64,000 nt of DNA from Chrysomallon squamiferum (taxonomy: Eukaryota; Animalia; Mollusca): assembly GCA_012295275.1 (NCBI GenBank), contig CM022665.1:8060001-8124000 (forward strand). The letters are read 5' to 3'. Shown in pieces: positions 56,706 through 64,000 of this stretch. Made by a program: the position numbers and the translations under genes. The notes beneath the pieces are model-generated. The model was not told where the DNA came from, made no database searches, and saw only the letters and a list, made by a program, of their open reading frames with translations. The number at the start of each line of letters is the position of its first letter. Within the stretch, counting starts at the first letter, position 1.

Positions 56706-59700
56706 CAAATAATATTTAAATAAATATTTTTGCCTATTAAAAGAATAAAATAATTTGAATAAAACTAAAAATTGTCTGAACTGTATGAACTGCTGTGAAA
56801 TACAAAAATAATACAGATAATTTAAATTGTATTTGTCGATGCAAATATGTTTGATATTATAATTTTGCTTGTGTTCAAAGTTTTGGATGGACTAAAACTC
56901 AAAATTAACAACTGATTCATGATCATCATTATAATCAGAATAATATTTTAATACTTGCACACTGAAAAGATTCTCAGTTATCATATTTTAAATGTCATAC
57001 ACAGAAAATGACAGAATTTGATTTATTAAATACAAATGTTTAAATAATGTCTAAAGAGCAGAATTTCCTACCACACTCTCCCCCCACCATTTTAAGAATC
57101 CAAAACCAGATATCATTAATTGTACCATCCCTGTCCAAAAATATATAATTCTAGTCTTTGATCTTTACCTTTTCTGAACATTAGAAATAGTAAGAAATGT
57201 TGGGAATATTTGACTTTGTGTTTGATATGCTTTGATATAATATAAAACATTCACTATTTATCCCATTCCAACTTGTTCTATTTCTTTTTTAAATATTTAA
57301 CTTTTTTTTTTTTTTTTTTTTAGCTTATAACAGAATAGTATTATGTTAATTCTTTTATCTTAAGTTTTCTAACAGCAAAATAATTATTTTTTCTTCTTTT
57401 GATCATTAATAAATATACTGGAATTCATTAAATTTAACAGTGAAAAGTACTTATGACAACAGGTTCAAATGAACACTAACCGAGTATTAGCGGTTAAAAT
57501 ATACATACACTTTGTTTATTGAAACAAGTGAACTGAAACTAAATAAACTATTGAAAATCATTAACCCACATCTGTTAACAGAACTTGTGTCAATCCAAGG
57601 TTAATTAAGAAGATTAGAATATCTACTGACAATCAACACTATCATTTTGTGTTGTTTATATTAAAGCTTTGTAGAAGGAAAGTCTTACATTGTTTTTTTC
57701 TAAAGATTAAAAGAATAAGAAAAAACAACACTTTGTGCATGTTATGAAATATAATATATACTTTATCACATTCTGCCAAAAAATCACTTTTTAAAAATAA
57801 GATACTGGTACCAATTTTACAGTCTTAATACAAATACAAATAATAATAATATATAGTTTGCCTTTACTTTATTTTTATTTTTGATTCAGAGTGAATTATA
57901 ATTAACTGAACATTATAATCATTTTAAAATCATCTGTCCAGAAAATCCATCTAAATTTTTTTTATTTTTGTTACTTTGAATTTAACAACTGATACACTTT
58001 TTTTTAGTAAGATCTATATGACCAGGGGCTGTAAAAGCAGTTGATGGAACTATCCAAGGTGTTAATAAATATTTTGGGGTCAAAAAGGGACAATAAACAC
58101 AGAGGTCAATTAATGTAGTGGTTGTACCAGTTTAAGATACTTGCAATTAATATGACTTTTTGTTTCATAAATATTTTGTTGTTGAAATTTGTGGTTTATT
58201 TACCTTTAAAAAGAGACATTTATTATTAATAAAATTTATTTTACTTGCTTGAGGGGTCAATGAGAAATCATTTAAACTTTTACCAAGACCCGAGTTAGAC
58301 TATAAAACATTGAAGTAAAATAGACACCTGTATAAAGTTAATGGTTCCTATAGAAATATATTTGTTGATATATAAAAACACTTTTGTGATTCTTCTGCCT
58401 AATTAATCTTGTAATAATCTTTTAATGTACTATCATGACACTGTCCTGGGCAAAAAACTCATGCACAAACTTTTTGTTTTTTGTTTTCTCAAACAACTTA
58501 ATCAGTGAAACCATATCAGGCAGAGAGCATTTATTTCATTGAAGCTATTTAAAAGTCTTTTTCAAAAGACATAAGCTTACATGTTTGACACATATTAGTT
58601 GTTTTATTACTGGTTGTGACAGCCATGAAAATAATTATTTTGCTAAAAACATTTAAATTTGTTAAATTAATGCTCTATATTATACCTTTAACAAAGATAA
58701 ACTAAAAGCATTTTGGTGAGTAACATGTACCCATGGAACAGTACTGTCTACATTCATTTTATCCATACATACAATATATCTGACACATCAGTCAGACCAT
58801 GTATTTTCCCTATGGAAATTTCAAATACAGTATATTTTCTAACACTAATTTTGTCAATGTTTGTTAGACTTTTTGGATGGAAATTTTTAAATACTAAGAT
58901 GAGTTTTATGGATGACATGTTTAAAGAGCCTGAAATTATAAAATTAGAATAAACCAAATTTTAAATGTTTCAAATCCATTGACATAACTTTGGCTATTTA
59001 ATTCTCAATAGTTTATTTACTATATTTACAATATCCAAATGCCAATAATTTTCTTAATATGAATGCAGTTCATACATTATGTTTTATCACTATTATTTTA
59101 CAATAATGAAAAATGTACTGTTTACAAAGTAAACTTTTTAGAAACCTTCTTTTGTTATTTTAATTTCAGCGCCTTATTGCAAACATTTAAAAATAAAAAT
59201 AACAAAAACAAAACATATATATGACTTAAATCTAACAAACATGTATGTTTCAGAGTATCCAGTATAATGTATATGTCATTAATTTAGATAAAGATTTCCT
59301 TTCCACCTGGCTTTGTCCAAGTACAAGTTTTTCCAATCAGAGAATACAAAGACCAAACAAAATAACAATGCTATGGCTTCCTGCCTAGACCTCTCACTAT
59401 ACTGGATATCAAAATACACATCCACTGGAAATGTTTCATGCTCCTTTGGTGGCAAATCTATTAATCGATAAAGTGATATTGCTGTCAGCAGTTAAGATTT
59501 ACTGTTACTTAAAAGAAAAAGAGAAAAAAGTCCAGAACAATTTTTATGTTACGCTAAATTTAACTGGAATTGCATTAGCAATTATGTTAATCCATGTTTT
59601 TTTGAAAAGAAAGTTGCAGTATCTTCACTGACACATATAAAATGTAACAAATTTATATTTTATTATTAGGATTATTATTTATCTTTCACTTTTATACTGA

Positions 59701-60699
59701 ATTAAACTTTTATTTAAAATTTTTAAAATTTCTTTTGTATTTTATTATACATTAAAATGAAAAAAAAAAAAGTGAGTCACGTTGTATTCACTTACATCAC
59801 ACATACAGAATGATCTATTTATCTGTCACACACACTGCTCAAACATTAACAAAGTATACATATACCACAAATAAAAACAGACAAACACTTTAATAAACCA
59901 TTGTCAGCTAAAAGTTCAGTGATTGCAAACATCAACCACTTTATAACAAACTGTGTTATTAACAGTGTGAAAAAAATATATGACCTTGCTTTTCAACACA
60001 ACTATTGCACCACTGGACTAATCAATGTTGCACAAATCAAAGCACTGTGAAAGATTGCAAGGCACAAATCAATGTCAATTACATTGATCCTTCTGATAGG
60101 ATTACTGTGGATACATCCACATTGATCAGTCATTAGATAAATGCAAACTGACATAAATAAATGCTGTTTTAAAAGCAACTGAAATAATAAAAATTTTATA
60201 GGGTAGTTCACATAATATGCTAGTATGCAACCAATGTGTAAATAACTAAATCATTTTGAGCGACGTTATCAATATATGACACAACTGTACACAGTTTCTA
60301 AAAGCAAAATAAATGAAGACTTTTAGTCACAACAGTAATAACAGGAAATCAGATTCTACTAATTCTAGTAAATATTTTCAGTTGGAATAGTTTAGCAACA
60401 AATCTATTACAGAAAATGTGCAGAGAAAATAAATAAATAAATAAATAAATAAAATAAAATAAATAAAATATCCTTTAGTTATTTAAAATATATTACTGTT
60501 AAATTAACAACAAAATAACGATTGTGCTTGTAATTTAAATGGTTTGATTTCTATGTCCTGTGTTAAAAACAACTAGTTTAATTCTACAGGATATAAATGA
60601 ATGAATGAATGAATGAATAAATGAATGAATGAATAAATATATAAATGAATATTTTAAATTAATTTAGTGTCATTTTAGCTGGGTTTTTTAACTTTTTTT

Positions 60700-60973
60700 T
60701 TATTTAATAGAGAGCACCAAAATGAATTATTTTCTTCTTTAAATATTTTTTTTCTTTGAATGAGGAAACCATACTCTTATCACATTTTTTTATTTTTATG
60801 ATTACAAGGCATCATACATACAATTGATGAAAATATTCTTACACCAAACTGTCGGTTACTCTTTTTCAATTAGCATGAAGGAATTTTTTATATGCACTTC
60901 TTCACAGACAGGAAAATACTTATATACCACAGCCTTTGATAAACTTGTCACATGGCTGGAGTGTGAAATAGCT
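60700..60973 (-). mobile_element. Degenerate SINE relic with adjacent (TGAA)n tail
   Basis: ggttactctttttcaattagcatgaaggaatttttatatgcacttcttcacagacaggaaaatac...accacagcctttgataaac...tggctggagtgtgaaatagc cross-matches the copies at 13416 and 18507. (TGAA)n lies at about 60597-60635. Confidence 0.6.
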
Positions 60974-63900
60974 ACATATATTTACAACTGATACAACTAG
61001 CCATTATTCAGTCTCTTTTATTTACTGCAAAAACTCATTGCTTTAGTATTAAGATTTTTTGATTGCTTCTTTATTTTTGGAGTGCTGTGATGGTGGTGTT
61101 TGGGAAAAGTGTTTTTACATTTCATATTGTTTTTCTGCTGGTGATTTTGGAAAAGAAATACTGTACATTTTGTTCAATTTTATATTACACTACTTTTCAT
61201 TAAACAGTTAAATGCATGATCAGAACTTGGCAAATATTTTCACACTAAGCAATAACTAAGATGCAAATACCTAGACCTTTCTTTTCATTATGGCATGTCT
61301 TATACGAAATGTTTAGCAGTTTTCATTCCAAGTCATGCATCTACCAATATATTTCTCTGAATATATCACTGAAAGACATGTTCTCCAACAAGTGTAGGGG
61401 ATTTTGATTTGAATTATTTGCAATGTACAATGATTTTTTAATAACTAGACAGTTCATATGTTTGGCACTACAATAAATTTATAAATTCTTGTCAAACAAA
61501 CATTTATATACTATAAAATGTCAAAATATGATTGGTTAGGTTCCTGTTCTTTGACTGATTTTTCTTTGTTGCAGCATTTATAATTAAACTCCTGTGTATC
61601 TCTGGTGTGATCACTTTAGCAGCCAGAGAACATTTAATTATAGCATAATCTTTGTTCCAGTACCATATACTAAGCCTACCTAATTATATACTGAAAACAA
61701 TTAAAAACTGTTAGTTATACTGAATTGTTAGATGCATTTTTCATAAATGGGCAGGAATATCAAATAAACAATTTCCATTTCAATGTGCAATTTCTGCTTG
61801 GACTTCTTTCTCTTTTTTCCTTCTTCTTTTTTTGGTTATGAATTGTTTGTCAGCTTGGACATGTTTTTCTGTCAAACATATATAGTTTATGTGCAATCTA
61901 TCATTTCAGTTAACAGTGTAATTAACAAATTATGGAATCCTGTACAAAAATGGAAAACTGGGCTCATTACAGCAAACACTTTTAATCTCAGTAATGAAAA
62001 GTAATATATACTAGTTTTATTATAAAAATTAAAAATACTGGTGCTATTCCAAAAAGGAGTTTATATTATGGTTATACATTGTAAACCGTAAAATTATAGT
62101 AACTAGTGATCATGTTTTGGGCAAAACTCCCATTGTTCACAATCATTTAACAGCATAAAATATATCTGCACTATCTATTTTGTTGCTTATTTTAGAACAA
62201 TAGTAAATCAAAACATTACTGAACCTTAACAAGACATGTAATTTTATACAACTAAGCTTTATTAAAAAAACACCTGTTAAGCAAGGAAATAAAACTGTTC
62301 ACAAAGAACTAACAGTTGTGTCAGATGTTCTAACCTCACCAAGTATACAGTTGCAAAATATCTCATCAACTGAAAGCCAGACTTTGAGCTTAAGAGGTGA
62401 GTCCAAATGTTAAATTTAAAACGTGTTTTAACAAGTAACTGTCTGAACAATGAATTAAAGAGACACTCTGCCATCCAGGTGTATTTGTGTGTAAGTCAAT
62501 ACAATTTTCAGTGACCTCTATATCTCTAAGTGTTGATTTTTATCATATGTAAATTTGGACAAAACATGATTTTGTGTCAGTGTCATGCTGCTCAGCCAGT
62601 TAAGCCCACTGGTTATGTACACAGTAATAATAACAACAAGTATCAACAGACAAAAGATGGGATAATTTACTGTACAAATACTGAACTTGCAGAAAAGAAA
62701 ATATTCATGTCCACACAGAGATGCAACTCAAATACGAAACTCTATTTACAAAAACTAAATAAATAAATAAATAAATAATAAAAAAATAAAAATAATTATA
62801 AAAAAAAATGGTATAAATACGTACTTATATATATTTATTCTAAAAACCAAATTTTTACACAAAAAAAGTACATAAAGAAAGTGTGTAGCCAAAAGAATGT
62901 ATTCAGTTCAGTTTGGTTTATTAAAACTAATTTACAATCTGACCAGACTTCATGTAGGTTGTCTGAAGTATGACCTACTAAACAAAAAAATTACAACACA
63001 ACAAAGATTTATCCTTAATAATCTCTCTGTGAGAATAAATCACCCATTTTTTATTGTGAGACAAAGAGATAGTGTTTTATACCTGCAGTGTATAATCATC
63101 ACTCCTAAACATGATAAAAAGGACAAGAAGTGCAAGGAAGCTCAAGTGTGGAATCTCCAACAGGACACCTCATACCTCCAGCTGTGCAACAAGAGCTATA
63201 ATATTGACTGAGGTATAAATCTTGAATTAAAGTAGCTTAAATATCAGCCTATCTGAAAAAAATGCAGATATGTATTTCTGATATATGACTGAAAAGCATG
63301 TTTACTGTGCATACATTATTCAGTTTCTTAGACAAACAGGTAGCTGGCTTTAGCTGTACAAAGTGACATAACTGTAAATAAAAACTGCTCCTTTGTCAGC
63401 ATTAGTCAGTTCATCTGTCAACAGAGGACTACACTTAGATGTAAAGAAAAATAATACAGCAACATGTTCTATGTACTGCATTTCATCTGTAAACCTTCAA
63501 TAATTTAATAAACATAAAATAAAACAGATGAACAAAATTATCATTAAAAAAACAACAACCAAAAAACAGAGACATTTCTTCTTCTTTTTTTTCTGAACTT
63601 ACAGTACTTACAAAATATTTCTTAACTAATGTCTGCGGCTGAGTATTTAAGTATGTGATATACAACTGGAAATTATTACTGTTACTAAAATTTAGTTGAA
63701 TTTTTATGAACACTGAGTTTTTAACCATCCTTTTCACTGTTCCACAGTCAAATTAATAATTAAATATTTTATTCAAGGTTTAATTAGATGTATGCAATAA
63801 ACTGATGATTAATTGGAGCTAAAACTATTAACATTTCAAAAATGTAAACCAGACGCCGAAGCCAAACTAGATATAAGGTATAAACATCTAACTTCTAGAA

Positions 63901-64000
63901 TTAGTTAGCACAATAAACAGCATATTATAGTACATGTAATTTTTTATGAAGATAGAAAAAATAAAAATGACAATGATACTGATTAATAATGTATTTTGTT

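Noticed and set aside
58686-59804. Further ATG-to-donor units (58757-58686, 59421-59398, 59804-59796)
   Set aside because: Weak donor or start context; they illustrate the chance background for the alternative first exon hypothesis.

Overview
AT-rich, microsatellite-rich eukaryotic genomic DNA with spliceosomal introns; it is not prokaryotic. It is most likely a mollusc, probably a gastropod, inferred from gene content and degenerate SINE copies. By manual splice reconstruction the window holds six genes: (1) a DNase I-family gene A (+, 1027-6430) with an intact ORF but many active-site substitutions, a candidate pseudo-nuclease; (2) a single-coding-exon class A peptide-type GPCR (-, 8856-10100); (3) a canonical DNase I-family gene B (+, 13671-18402); (4) a cytosolic-type sulfotransferase (-, 19273-22676) with an unusual ~122-aa N-terminal extension resembling a mitochondrial presequence plus a TM anchor, and one GC-AG intron; (5) CCDC28 (+, 25126-28397) with a U12 minor intron, head-to-head with the SULT; (6) the 3' part of a very long CEP97 (-, 34621-45712) with an IQ motif, an extra FN3 domain and a long Ser/Arg-rich tail. 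The expected CEP97 LRR exons are not in the window. The last 18 kb appear to be a large CEP97 intron with promoter-like islands and candidate alternative first exons. Repeats include pogo/Tigger-like MITEs, an R4/Dong-like retrotransposon relic, SINE relics, hairpin elements and microsatellites. All gene models are manual, and family assignments come from recalled motifs, not database searches.
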